Source of the DNA: Escherichia coli
Lineage (GTDB): Bacteria; Pseudomonadota; Gammaproteobacteria; Enterobacterales; Enterobacteriaceae
Assembly: GCA_025544715.1 (NCBI GenBank)
Contig: GCA_025544715.1_4109.1
Reading direction: 5' to 3' (one strand)
Length of the DNA stretch: 64,000 nt
A program made the position numbers and the translations under genes. Position 1 is the stretch's first letter. Every line of letters begins with the position of its first letter. Positions 1 to 8,633 of the stretch are shown here, one piece after another. The notes under the pieces were generated by a model, which saw nothing but the letters and a program-made list of their open reading frames with translations, ran no database searches and was not told the origin of the DNA.

Positions 1-909
1 TTGTAATGCGATTTGCATTGAACGTGTGTCTAATGATTTATCTAAGTTTTGTGTTTTATTTAATAGTGCATCAACTGACTCACCCATACTTTTACTGAAC
101 TTAGTCATGCTCATGATAAACTGTTCAGTACTTTTTGCTTGATCCATACTACGTAACATTTCTCTTCCACCAAATTGCTTTTGGAATTTAATATTACGTG
201 CAGTTAAATCAGTTAATGTTTTTTGTGAAACACCATATAAACCTAATTGATTTTGTGCTTGTTGCACAGTACCCAATAATTTACCAAATGTAGAAACACC
301 ATCACCATATGCACCATCTAATTGTGCAACAACGGCACTATGAGTTTGTAATGCTTCACCAAATGCATCAATACTCATCATTGATGCACCAGCACCTTTT
401 AATATGGAGCCGTAACCTTCAGATAGAGCGACACCAGCACTGTTTATTCTATTATAAACTTCAAGCTGTGCATTTAACACATTATAAACTGCTAAACCAG
501 CGTCAGCAACCAATTTGAAGGCAGATGCTGCTGCACCAACTGGACCTGGGATCATTGCTAATGAACCAGCAAATGAAGATGCACTCATTCCTAGTGAGTT
601 TACAACATTGCTAACGTTTGCAGACGTACTCATCATAGTTTTGCCGACATTCGATACTTCAGATGATAATGATTTAAATATTTTTCCAAATTCTTTACCA
701 TCATCAGCTTTGTTATTTGTTCGAGAGCCACGGTTTCCAGTACTTGATGAATTACTTCCATTACGTTTTCCACTTTTAGAACCGGATTTCTTTCTATCAT
801 TTTTTATATTTTCAGCCAATAACTCACGTATAGCACTCAAACTATCGTTGTTATCTTTAGTTTGATTAACCAACTGCTGGAGTAGGTAATCACTTGTATT
901 TCCAGCCAT
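1..909 (-). CDS. Partial ORF (N-terminal 303 codons; gene continues beyond window start); Gly/Ala/Ser-rich virion-type protein, possibly tape-measure or internal tail protein
   Basis: Reverse-strand frame starting at ATG (complement of 907-909) is open for all 303 codons to position 1, checked codon by codon (MAGNTSDYLLQQLVNQ...). RBS-like AAGGGAA lies upstream. Absent from the ORF track because the window edge truncates it. Product guess is weak. Confidence 0.5.
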   Translation of the reverse strand, partial: MAGNTSDYLLQQLVNQTKDNNDSLSAIRELLAENIKNDRKKSGSKSGKRNGSNSSSTGNRGSRTNNKADDGKEFGKIFKSLSSEVSNVGKTMMSTSANVSNVVNSLGMSASSFAGSLAMIPGPVGAAASAFKLVADAGLAVYNVLNAQLEVYNRINSAGVALSEGYGSILKGAGASMMSIDAFGEALQTHSAVVAQLDGAYGDGVSTFGKLLGTVQQAQNQLGLYGVSQKTLTDLTARNIKFQKQFGGREMLRSMDQAKSTEQFIMSMTKFSKSMGESVDALLNKTQNLDKSLDTRSMQIALQ

Positions 910-997
910 AACATTCCCTTTTAATAGATGTATTATAGAAATATTTATGAAACTATAGAGAATATAAAAATTAGTTTAATTTAATCTTTTTTGGTCT

Positions 998-1005
998 TAT
1001 AAATA
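998..1005 (+). promoter_or_regulatory. T4-type late promoter box TATAAATA
   Basis: Exact TATAAATA 35 nt upstream of ATG 1040, followed by GGAG RBS; the window encodes a gp55-like late sigma factor. Confidence 0.5.
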
Positions 1006-1039
1006 CTAAAACACATTTATTACATGGAGATTTAATAAA

Positions 1040-1876
1040 ATGGCTATGAATCCACTTGCTAAGTACACTAAAATTGAAGAGATCAGTACTAAGTTAGTTA
1101 CAAACGGCGTTATTCCTTATAAAGAAGGAGTTCTAGGTCCAAAAGGTGTCAAATGTGGAGTTTGTGCACGTAGTGCACGTGATGAAATGACACTTAATAC
1201 CCCCGATATGTTACTAAACGGAGATGCAGTATCCCGTGTTATTGAAAACTGTGTTCCTAATGTAATTGACGCTGATGAGTTGTATGTAAATGACGTTGAA
1301 ATGCTTCTTATTGCTATTAAAGTTGCTTCTAAAGAAGAAACATATGATATTAACGTTGTATGTCCTGAATGTGAAAAAGAAGGTCGATTTGAACGTAATC
1401 TATCATATCTTCTTGAAACTGCACAAGCATTTGAAGAAATCCCATCAATTGATTTAGATAATGGGCTACGTTTGGAATTTAGACCACTGACATGGAAAGA
1501 ATATTCATCGTTTGCTGAACGCATGTTCAGTGAGCAGCAGAAGACTAAGTTTCTTGAAACTGCTGATATTGATAAAGATGAAAAAGTAAAAATATTTTCT
1601 GAAGTATTTGAAAACATGGCTCAACTTAACTTCGATATGATTGGTGGAGTTATTGCAAAAATTATAACACCAGATGGTGATGAAGTAGTTGAAAAAGAAT
1701 TTATTAATGAATGGCTTGGACAACAATCGAAGGGAGTACTTAAACTAATTCGTGAAAAAATGGATGAAGTACTTGAAATTGGAGTATCACATAGTATGGA
1801 AGTAGAATGTGATGGATGTAATCATCAATGGGAAATTGATGGACTAAAATATGATCCTAGTCATTTTTTCGAGTAA
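1040..1876 (+). CDS. Zinc-ribbon protein with three CxxC pairs (CGVC, CPEC, CDGC); possible baseplate hub or assembly factor
   Basis: 278-aa ORF with GGAG RBS and late promoter upstream; cysteine pairs seen in translation; function by context only. Confidence 0.6.
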   Translation: MAMNPLAKYTKIEEISTKLVTNGVIPYKEGVLGPKGVKCGVCARSARDEMTLNTPDMLLNGDAVSRVIENCVPNVIDADELYVNDVEMLLIAIKVASKEETYDINVVCPECEKEGRFERNLSYLLETAQAFEEIPSIDLDNGLRLEFRPLTWKEYSSFAERMFSEQQKTKFLETADIDKDEKVKIFSEVFENMAQLNFDMIGGVIAKIITPDGDEVVEKEFINEWLGQQSKGVLKLIREKMDEVLEIGVSHSMEVECDGCNHQWEIDGLKYDPSHFFE

Positions 1877-2085
1877 TGCTTCTCCAGTCATCTCCTGAAG
1901 AAATACAAGAAGTACTGAAGGAGATAGAACTGAATAAGTCAGAAATCAAAAATGCACTAATGGAATGTTCTGTATATATGGATAACATTGACTATGGAAC
2001 ACTCCTTAATATGCCATTAATAGATAGAGACTTATTAGTTAAGTCTTTTAATAAAAAAATTAAAAAACAAAACGAGAAGCACTAA
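1876..2085 (+). CDS. Small hypothetical protein (69 aa)
   Basis: Start overlaps upstream stop (TAATG coupling); followed by an intrinsic terminator. Confidence 0.4.
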   Translation: MLLQSSPEEIQEVLKEIELNKSEIKNALMECSVYMDNIDYGTLLNMPLIDRDLLVKSFNKKIKKQNEKH

Positions 2086-2093
2086 TTTTCATA

Positions 2094-2122
2094 TAGCCAG
2101 CACATTGTTGCTGGTTTTTTTT
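2094..2122 (+). terminator. Rho-independent terminator
   Basis: CCAGCA-cattgt-TGCTGG stem-loop followed by TTTTTTTT. Confidence 0.6.
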
Positions 2123-2311
2123 GGTTTTAAACTACAGAATTATTTGAATTGAATTATGAAAGGATTAATTTTAATATTATTGGATTCATCTAACTCATTT
2201 CATTCGTTAGCTGAAGAATATTCGTTACTACGTAACTCATATTCATTTAATTAAATTAATTATAAAGAACTTTAAAAGATTTAATACTTGACGGGATTTG
2301 TTGAGGACATT

Positions 2312-2371
2312 TTCATCCCCCCGCAGGGGAATGAAGACAATAAAAAAGAGACAATGAAGTCTCTATTTCTT
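2312..2371. terminator. Two adjacent hairpins; second is terminator-like in both directions
   Basis: TTCATCCCC-ccgca-GGGGAATGAA, then AGAGAC-aatgaa-GTCTCT flanked by an A-run upstream and ATTTCTT downstream. Confidence 0.4.
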
Positions 2372-2398
2372 GACGCTGATGGTTTCAGCATTTATTGT
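2370..2398 (+). promoter_or_regulatory. Candidate sigma70-like promoter TTGACG-N17-TATTGT
   Basis: Hexamers and 17-nt spacing seen directly; would transcribe into the ORF-free GC-richer region. Confidence 0.3.
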
Positions 2399-2399
2399 A

Positions 2400-2760
2400 T
2401 TGCGAATTTCTTAAAAATATATTAAGAACGAAAGCGGGTTGCTCTGTTTCTCTCTATCGCAGTCATGTGCAACGGTCGTCAGTCTTAATCATCCTGACAC
2501 TCACCTGAAAGTCTATACAATCAAACTTCAGGCTGTTTATTAAAATCACTTAATAAACTCCCTTAGCAAATCTGGTAAGGTGCGATCCTTATATGTCTAT
2601 CGAGGAACTCTCTGTATGCTTATCGGAGTTCTTTATTGAGCCGCATTGCCGTGAGGGGTTCAAACTATGCCCACATCTAACGGGTTTCTTTTGCTCATCG
2701 CACTGTTGAACTGCTCATCTGCCATCTACATTTTCGATAGGATCAGGTTCTAATTTATAT
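2400..2760 (+). ncRNA. Candidate structured non-coding RNA or decayed insert (ORF-free, GC-richer than surroundings)
   Basis: No ORF of 60 aa or more in any frame between 2086 and 2921; local composition visibly richer in G/C; several hairpins (e.g. GAACTC-15nt-GAGTTC followed by TTTATT at about 2625-2660). Class not identified; no tRNA cloverleaf found. Confidence 0.25.
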
Positions 2761-2921
2761 GCATTTCTGCATTCAACAGGATTGTCATTACTACAACAAA
2801 CATTATAGCACAAACTTTAAAGTTGTCTCACTATTTTTATAAAAATATTCATTAAGTACTTAAAATATTGCAAATAACTAATCCATAAATATTTTGATAA
2901 CAAATAGTTTGGTGAGGAATT

Positions 2922-3413
2922 ATGAAAAAAAGATTAAAAGATAGTAAGGATGCTGCAAACTATCGAAACGAATTGCTAAAGAAACAAAATGGAATAGATC
3001 CTATAATTAACGAACCAATAACTAAACCAGTACTGGATCACTACCACTATGGTAACCAACATTGTAGACAAGTTCTTCAAAATGAAGTCAATGCTTGGGA
3101 AGGAAAGGTGCAAAACAGCTTCAATCGATATATGAAGCACTTAACTGATAAACCATTATATGAGGTACTCAGAAATCTTGCTGATTACCTAGAGCGTAAT
3201 AACAGCATTCCTGACGATGAACAAGTTATACATCACACTGCACTAACTGTTGATGTTAATAAGTTTAAAAGGCTCCCAGCAACACAGCAAAACGCGATTC
3301 TGGAAGGGTTAGGAGTTGTCCCTGGTAGCAACACTACTGCTCGTGTAAAGCAAGCTAGAAAGCTGATTAAAGACGGTAAATTAAATATGGTTGATATAAA
3401 AAAAGGGAGCTAA
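2922..3413 (+). CDS. Endonuclease VII-like (His-Me finger) nuclease, possibly a free-standing homing-type endonuclease
   Basis: Motif LDHYHYGNQH...LQNEVNAWEG parallels the T4 endonuclease VII core HLDHDHELNG...CNLCNAAEG (recalled), with D/H/H/N/E retained but the zinc-binding cysteines absent. GGTGAGGAA RBS; CATAAATA 31 nt upstream. Confidence 0.6.
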   Translation: MKKRLKDSKDAANYRNELLKKQNGIDPIINEPITKPVLDHYHYGNQHCRQVLQNEVNAWEGKVQNSFNRYMKHLTDKPLYEVLRNLADYLERNNSIPDDEQVIHHTALTVDVNKFKRLPATQQNAILEGLGVVPGSNTTARVKQARKLIKDGKLNMVDIKKGS

Positions 3414-3430
3414 GGCTCCCTTTATCTTTA
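3397..3430. terminator. Bidirectional rho-independent terminator between convergent genes
   Basis: A-run, GGGAGC-taag-GCTCCC, T-rich tail; sits between the stops of the 2922 gene and the gp46-like gene. Confidence 0.7.
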
Positions 3431-3431
3431 A

Positions 3432-5579
3432 TTAGAAAACATCATCAAGAGTTGCATATTCAACAGTACTGAAACCGTCTTCTTTAACAACTTTGAGGAT
3501 TTTTTCAGTCTTAGAAAGTAACTCTTCTCTATGGGAAATAGCATAAACGTTCTTACCACGTACAGCAGCCATATCTTGGAAGATAGACCACACACGTAGA
3601 ACACCACTTGAGTCAAGACCTTGGTCAATCATCTCATCAATGATAAGAATATTAATACTTTGGTATAATGACTCATATGTATCACGGAAAGCACAAGATA
3701 ATGCGATGTTTACCCTTGTACGCTCACCTCTACTAAGCTGTTTATAGTCAAAGTACTGCCCACTCTTCTCAATTTCAACACTCAAATCATTCAAAAACAC
3801 AACATTATGCTCAGAACCGCACATATCGATATAGTACTGAAGTCGTGTATTCAAATATGAGATATTTTGCTCAATAATACGTTTACGGACATAAGAATCC
3901 TTGTTTAAAAGTAATTTAACCAAGAAATCTTGGTGATTTGACATTTTATCAAGATTATTATAGTCGCTATAATCGATTGGTACTAAAGAATCAGTCTTCA
4001 GAGTATTAATTTGGCTAATAAATGTGTTAGTAGTCTTCAATTCACGATCTAATTGCTGTGATAATGAATTTACAGTCATTTCTAACTCTTTAACTTCATA
4101 TTTGTTTAATGTATCTGGAACTTCCATTAGTTCATATGAGTTAAGTTCATCATATGATGACATAAGTTCATTTGCATAGATGTTTATTGGTTCTTCTTCA
4201 CTCTTTCTGACCAATTCTTGAAGCTTATGTTCATGCATTTGTGCTTCCGAAAGTGTATTATAATATGTCACAGGTTTAGGTGGCATATCAAAAATCTCAA
4301 TACTATCAATTTCTTGAAGTAATGTTTCAATTTCAGAAGAAGAACTATCAATTTTAGCTTGAAGATCATTAATAGTACTTTGGATTTTGTCTTTAATTGA
4401 AGAAGTATGTTCGTTATGTTCCAATTCAGACATACAAAGTGGACATTTGCTGTTTTCAACTGTTGATAATTTGTCAATTTCAGCATTAATTGAACATTCA
4501 TATCCTTTTAAAGCTATTTTTAGTGAGTTTAGTTTTTGTTCTTTGAAACGTTTTTGGTTATTATTCTCTTTTAGAATACCCTCTAACTGTTTCCATATCT
4601 CCAACTCATTATGATTTTCCAATTCTGCACTAATATCAATAGTTTTTAGCTTATCAATGCTTAGATTTAATGCTCTTTTAGATCTTTCAAGTTCACGGTC
4701 ATATGCATCAAATTTTAAAGCCAACTCTTGTACACGGCGTTCAATTTCACCACGCTTTGCGTTATGAATAAGAGCTTTCTCTTTTATGTCAGCAGCTTCA
4801 TAGAGGTCATTAAAGTCTAAAGTTTTATATATATTCAACTCTTCATTTAACTTAGATACTCTATTATTTTTATCAATTTCAAACTGGTTTGCCTGTTCTT
4901 GTAGTGCCTCAATACTTTTTTGAATACGTTCATTACTTGCAGCTACAGTTTCATTTTTGAACTTTTCTTGTTCGGCTAAACGTTTAGTATCCTTATACAT
5001 CTCCTTTAGCATTTCAGCTTTTTCCGTCAACTGTGTTATTCCAAGAAGTTCTTCTATCATATCACGTTGTTTTTGTGTGGATAAAGCTAAGAAAGGTTCA
5101 ACGTTAGCATTCAGTACTACAATATGTTCAAATAATAATTGAGATATACCAAGAATTTCATTCAAATCTTCTTGTGTGTCTTTCTTTTCTCCCCTTGATT
5201 CATCTTCAATTTTATTATCTTTCCCTAAAGTAACAAAATTGAAATACGTGGGACTTCTCCCACGTTCAACCAAATATTGTACACCATCTTTTTCAAACTC
5301 TACAACTACTTCACAATTTTTTCCATTAGTTTTATTGACTAGGTTAGGAATTTTAATATCGTTACCAATACTTTTACCAAATAATCCAAAAACTAATCCT
5401 TGAATAATAGCACTTTTCCCTACACCATTTCGACGTCCGGTACTGTCACCACCTTCAATAACTGCATCATTATTTTGACCCAGTACTAATGAAATGTCGG
5501 AACCATTCAAGTCAATTGATTGTGGTGCATTACCAAATGAAAAGAAGTTCCTCATAGATATACGTGTAATGTTTAGCAT
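3432..5579 (-). CDS. Rad50/SbcC-like recombination nuclease ATPase subunit (T4 gp46-like)
   Basis: Walker A GRRNGVGKS, long coiled-coil middle with CPLC zinc-hook motif, ABC signature LSRGERTRV, Walker B ILIIDEM, H-loop; AGGGA RBS. Confidence 0.9.
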   Translation of the reverse strand: MLNITRISMRNFFSFGNAPQSIDLNGSDISLVLGQNNDAVIEGGDSTGRRNGVGKSAIIQGLVFGLFGKSIGNDIKIPNLVNKTNGKNCEVVVEFEKDGVQYLVERGRSPTYFNFVTLGKDNKIEDESRGEKKDTQEDLNEILGISQLLFEHIVVLNANVEPFLALSTQKQRDMIEELLGITQLTEKAEMLKEMYKDTKRLAEQEKFKNETVAASNERIQKSIEALQEQANQFEIDKNNRVSKLNEELNIYKTLDFNDLYEAADIKEKALIHNAKRGEIERRVQELALKFDAYDRELERSKRALNLSIDKLKTIDISAELENHNELEIWKQLEGILKENNNQKRFKEQKLNSLKIALKGYECSINAEIDKLSTVENSKCPLCMSELEHNEHTSSIKDKIQSTINDLQAKIDSSSSEIETLLQEIDSIEIFDMPPKPVTYYNTLSEAQMHEHKLQELVRKSEEEPINIYANELMSSYDELNSYELMEVPDTLNKYEVKELEMTVNSLSQQLDRELKTTNTFISQINTLKTDSLVPIDYSDYNNLDKMSNHQDFLVKLLLNKDSYVRKRIIEQNISYLNTRLQYYIDMCGSEHNVVFLNDLSVEIEKSGQYFDYKQLSRGERTRVNIALSCAFRDTYESLYQSINILIIDEMIDQGLDSSGVLRVWSIFQDMAAVRGKNVYAISHREELLSKTEKILKVVKEDGFSTVEYATLDDVF

Positions 5580-5587
5580 ATAGTCCC

Positions 5588-6619
5588 TTATAACGATCTG
5601 TAAATTTGGATTAGAAGATTTTTATCAAACATTGGTGAATCAATTTCCATAATTTGCTGCAAAACTATCTCATCAACTGATTCAGTACTTTCAAAACTAA
5701 CACCATCTTCGATTAATTCTGAAATACTTTGCTTGCTTGTCACAACATTAAACTCTCTAATGTTATAAAGTTTAGTAAATGTATCACGAATAAAACTAAT
5801 CTCATCAGTTGTTATTGATATATCAACTTGAACTTTTGATATTGTGTTATCTTGTAGATAATAGCTTGGATCAGTCAACAATTCAGAAAGTGTGAATGTT
5901 CTATATTTTGGTGCATTATCCCATGACTTGAAAATAGGTTCTTTGCCATGTTCAAGAATCATCACACCTCTTGCATCATCCCATGTATCGGAAAAATTAT
6001 GTGGAAAACAATTACCAGTATAAACTACACGAGTTCCTTTTGAAGTTGTTTTTGACTGTCGTTTATGAAAATGTCCACTAAAAACATACTCACATCCACC
6101 AAAAGAACCTTCTGTTTCTTTTCCATGATCAGGCATTTCTACCATCTTGTTAAGTAAGTAACCTGGTAACTCTAAGTGACCAAAAACATACTTACTTTTT
6201 AGTTGAGGTAACAACTTATATTCATCTTCAATCATAAATGGAATGAAAGTACAATCATCAAAGGTTGTAATTTCATTAATGAATTCTATATTTTCATAAA
6301 CTTGAGCCATATTGATACTTGTTATATCACGTTTGTTTTTATGATACATATCATGGTTGCCTACTAAAAAATATACTTTTTCAAAATTATCATTTAATAA
6401 TTGAAGAATTTGTAAACCATAGTTTAGTGTTTGAATATTGATATTACTTCTATTATGAAAATAATCTCCCATAAAAACACAAACTTTGATATTATTTTTT
6501 TTAGCTACATCAATCATGAATTTAATGAAGTTTAAACAATCTTCATTGTGTTGCTTGCTGTTATTCTTTAAACCTAAGTGAATATCAGTGAATGTAATTG
6601 CTTTATCAAACAGAGCCAT
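5588..6619 (-). CDS. Mre11/SbcD-like nuclease subunit (T4 gp47-like)
   Basis: Calcineurin-like phosphoesterase motifs DIHLG, GDYFH, GNHD, GHFH. Start placed at the third in-frame ATG (MALFDK...) because AAAGGAAAA RBS precedes it; the track start 6637 is an alternative. Confidence 0.9.
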   Translation of the reverse strand: MALFDKAITFTDIHLGLKNNSKQHNEDCLNFIKFMIDVAKKNNIKVCVFMGDYFHNRSNINIQTLNYGLQILQLLNDNFEKVYFLVGNHDMYHKNKRDITSINMAQVYENIEFINEITTFDDCTFIPFMIEDEYKLLPQLKSKYVFGHLELPGYLLNKMVEMPDHGKETEGSFGGCEYVFSGHFHKRQSKTTSKGTRVVYTGNCFPHNFSDTWDDARGVMILEHGKEPIFKSWDNAPKYRTFTLSELLTDPSYYLQDNTISKVQVDISITTDEISFIRDTFTKLYNIREFNVVTSKQSISELIEDGVSFESTESVDEIVLQQIMEIDSPMFDKNLLIQIYRSL

Positions 6620-7445
6620 CTTCATTTTTCCTTTCAATCATGTTCAATTCAATTTCAATTTGACGTGTATGTGATGGCGTAAAGCCATGCATTTCAAGTA
6701 AATCATCACGTATATTTCGAACATTTTTCTCACTATTCAATATAGAACGAAAACTATTGTTTACGAATGATGTATAGTAAGAGAAAGGATTTAGCTGAAC
6801 TGCTGGTTTATCTTTTTTATAAAGAATGCTCTCTTTAAAGAGAAGTGCGTTTTTAACTAATTGTATTCTTGCATCACCCATCATTTCATCTAAGTATGTA
6901 TAGTTTCTGTAATTAGATTTATGAGAGATTTCCTCAGCAAGTTTAATGAACATCTTCCCTAGTTCATTTGTAATTTTACCATGAACAGTACTGAATTCAC
7001 CAGTTTCAAGATCTCCTTTCCAATGAGAACGACATACTTCATAGAGAATTCCTTCATTATCTACAATGTAATGCTTGAATGGTTCAAAGTTAACTCTAGT
7101 GTCGGGTGGAATATGTTCATCAGTGATAACACGAATAACAACTTCATCGATTGGAACATCAGTGATAACTAAATTATTTTCATCTGCATATTCTTTAGCT
7201 TTTTTAGCACTCATACTTTCCTTTTCACGAATACTATCAAGCATTTCATTGTTTAGTCGTTTGATTCGTGCTGCTTTGGCTTTTTCAAGTAACTCAGCAG
7301 TAATTTCTGACTCATGAAAAACAATATAATCATACATACTATATGATTTGTCTAATAACCAGCAGTATGAAATCTTACTTTTTTGTATTTCACGAAGTAA
7401 ATCAGCATTATTGAGATACTTTTTACGCTTTGGCCTATTTGTCAT
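6606..7445 (-). CDS. Late-transcription sigma factor (T4 gp55-like) with a roughly 95-aa insertion
   Basis: N-terminus KYLNNADLLREIQKSK and C-terminal NPFSYYTSFVNNSFRSILNSEK resemble T4 gp55 segments (recalled); 279 aa versus 185 aa in T4; TATAAATA boxes occur upstream of late genes in the window. Confidence 0.7.
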   Translation of the reverse strand: MTNRPKRKKYLNNADLLREIQKSKISYCWLLDKSYSMYDYIVFHESEITAELLEKAKAARIKRLNNEMLDSIREKESMSAKKAKEYADENNLVITDVPIDEVVIRVITDEHIPPDTRVNFEPFKHYIVDNEGILYEVCRSHWKGDLETGEFSTVHGKITNELGKMFIKLAEEISHKSNYRNYTYLDEMMGDARIQLVKNALLFKESILYKKDKPAVQLNPFSYYTSFVNNSFRSILNSEKNVRNIRDDLLEMHGFTPSHTRQIEIELNMIERKNEDGSV

Positions 7446-7533
7446 TGTATTTTACTCTCCATGTTTAAATCCAATAGGTACAATCCTTGTACCATCAATG
7501 TTATTATAGCACCAAAAAGCATTTTGTCCCACG

Positions 7534-7541
7534 TATAAATA
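7534..7541 (+). promoter_or_regulatory. T4-type late promoter box TATAAATA
   Basis: Exact TATAAATA 36 nt upstream of ATG 7577 and inside the 5-prime extension of track ORF 7487..8308, which argues for the downstream start. Confidence 0.55.
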
Positions 7542-7576
7542 CATCAAATGTTCCCTTATTATGGAGAATCAAAAAG

Positions 7577-8308
7577 ATGATTGATCGTAGAATTCGATTA
7601 CGACCTAAAGCCGCAGGTGCTAACTATGTATATGGTGATTTCGGAGATAGCTCCGAACCAACACTACTTTCGTTTCTGCGTCCAACTAATGGGTTGGTTT
7701 GGACTGTAACACCAACAATTACTGAACAAAGGTCAATTCAGTATGAAACACAGTCTCCTATACATACCAACAGTAACTATAACAACTATAAGAACACTAC
7801 TAATACAGTTTTCACGATTCAGGGTGAATTTTATGCAAATACAGCAGCAGAAGCTATGTATGCATTGGCATGTGTTCATTTTATACGTTCTGTTTCATTG
7901 ATGGATTTTGGTAGACAAGCTGCTTCGGCTAATAACCCCGAACTCGCAATTGCGGGTGCACCACCACCAATCTTACTTCTAAGTGGATATGGTCGTTATA
8001 CATATAATGATATTCCTGTTATTTTAAAATCTTATAATTTTACTTACCCAAATGATGTTTCTTATATTCAAGTTCCGTTGAATAGTAGCGATAGTACTTT
8101 TAATTTATCCGACATGGATAGTAGAAAATTCTTCGAACAACTTAGAAGTACTGGGTACATGAATCCACAAGATGAAGTTTGGGTTCCACAAAAAATTTCA
8201 GTTATGTTACAACTTGAAGAACAACCTACATCTGATTATATGACTAAAACGTTCAACCTAAATGCATTTAAACGTGGTGAACTATTACGTAAAGGAGGAT
8301 TTATTTAA
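7577..8308 (+). CDS. Baseplate or tail structural protein (first gene of late baseplate operon)
   Basis: ORF with GGAGAA RBS 10 nt upstream of ATG 7577; late promoter upstream; function by position only. Confidence 0.6.
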   Translation: MIDRRIRLRPKAAGANYVYGDFGDSSEPTLLSFLRPTNGLVWTVTPTITEQRSIQYETQSPIHTNSNYNNYKNTTNTVFTIQGEFYANTAAEAMYALACVHFIRSVSLMDFGRQAASANNPELAIAGAPPPILLLSGYGRYTYNDIPVILKSYNFTYPNDVSYIQVPLNSSDSTFNLSDMDSRKFFEQLRSTGYMNPQDEVWVPQKISVMLQLEEQPTSDYMTKTFNLNAFKRGELLRKGGFI

Positions 8309-8622
8309 TGTCCAACTATAGTCAATACTCACCTTACGCTAAGGTGAAACAAACATGGTATCTTGGGTATAATTTACCACGTGATATTGTTCCGGCTGAT
8401 ACTGATGATTTTTATGAGATCCCATTGAAATATGAATATCAACCTTGGCGTTTAGCATACGAAATGTATGGTAATGAACGCTTATATTATATTTTCGCAT
8501 TGTTAAATCCAGACATACTAGGAGAAGATCCTATATATAATTTTAAAAGTGGAGTAACAATTAGAATACCAGCAAATCAAAGAGTACAAAATTATCTTAA
8601 TGGTACTCGAAACATAGGCTAA
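8308..8622 (+). CDS. Small LysM-like tail protein (P2 gpX-like fold candidate)
   Basis: 104 aa, start overlaps upstream stop; segment RLAYEMYGNERLYYIFALLNP...GVTIRIP resembles LysM-type baseplate proteins (recalled pattern). Confidence 0.45.
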   Translation: MSNYSQYSPYAKVKQTWYLGYNLPRDIVPADTDDFYEIPLKYEYQPWRLAYEMYGNERLYYIFALLNPDILGEDPIYNFKSGVTIRIPANQRVQNYLNGTRNIG

Positions 8623-8633
8623 TGGAGTAACGT

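Noticed and set aside
309-865. Plus-strand track ORFs 309..518 and 515..865
   Set aside because: They lie antisense to a fully open minus-strand frame (1..909) that has an RBS and coding-like composition; treated as shadow ORFs.
1117-1726. Minus-strand track ORFs 1117..1617 and 1505..1726
   Set aside because: Antisense to the zinc-ribbon gene 1040..1876, which has a promoter and RBS; no support for independent genes.
2280-2760. tRNA or tmRNA gene in the GC-richer ORF-free region
   Set aside because: The only T-loop-like string (GGTTCAAAC) lacks a complementary T-stem and no acceptor or anticodon arms could be built by eye; left as unclassified candidate ncRNA.
6981-7317. Plus-strand track ORFs 6981..7172 and 7075..7317
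   Set aside because: Antisense to the gp55-like gene; no independent signals.
7487-7576. Upstream extension of the 7487..8308 ORF
   Set aside because: An exact late promoter box (7534..7541) lies inside the extension and a GGAGAA RBS precedes ATG 7577; start moved to 7577.
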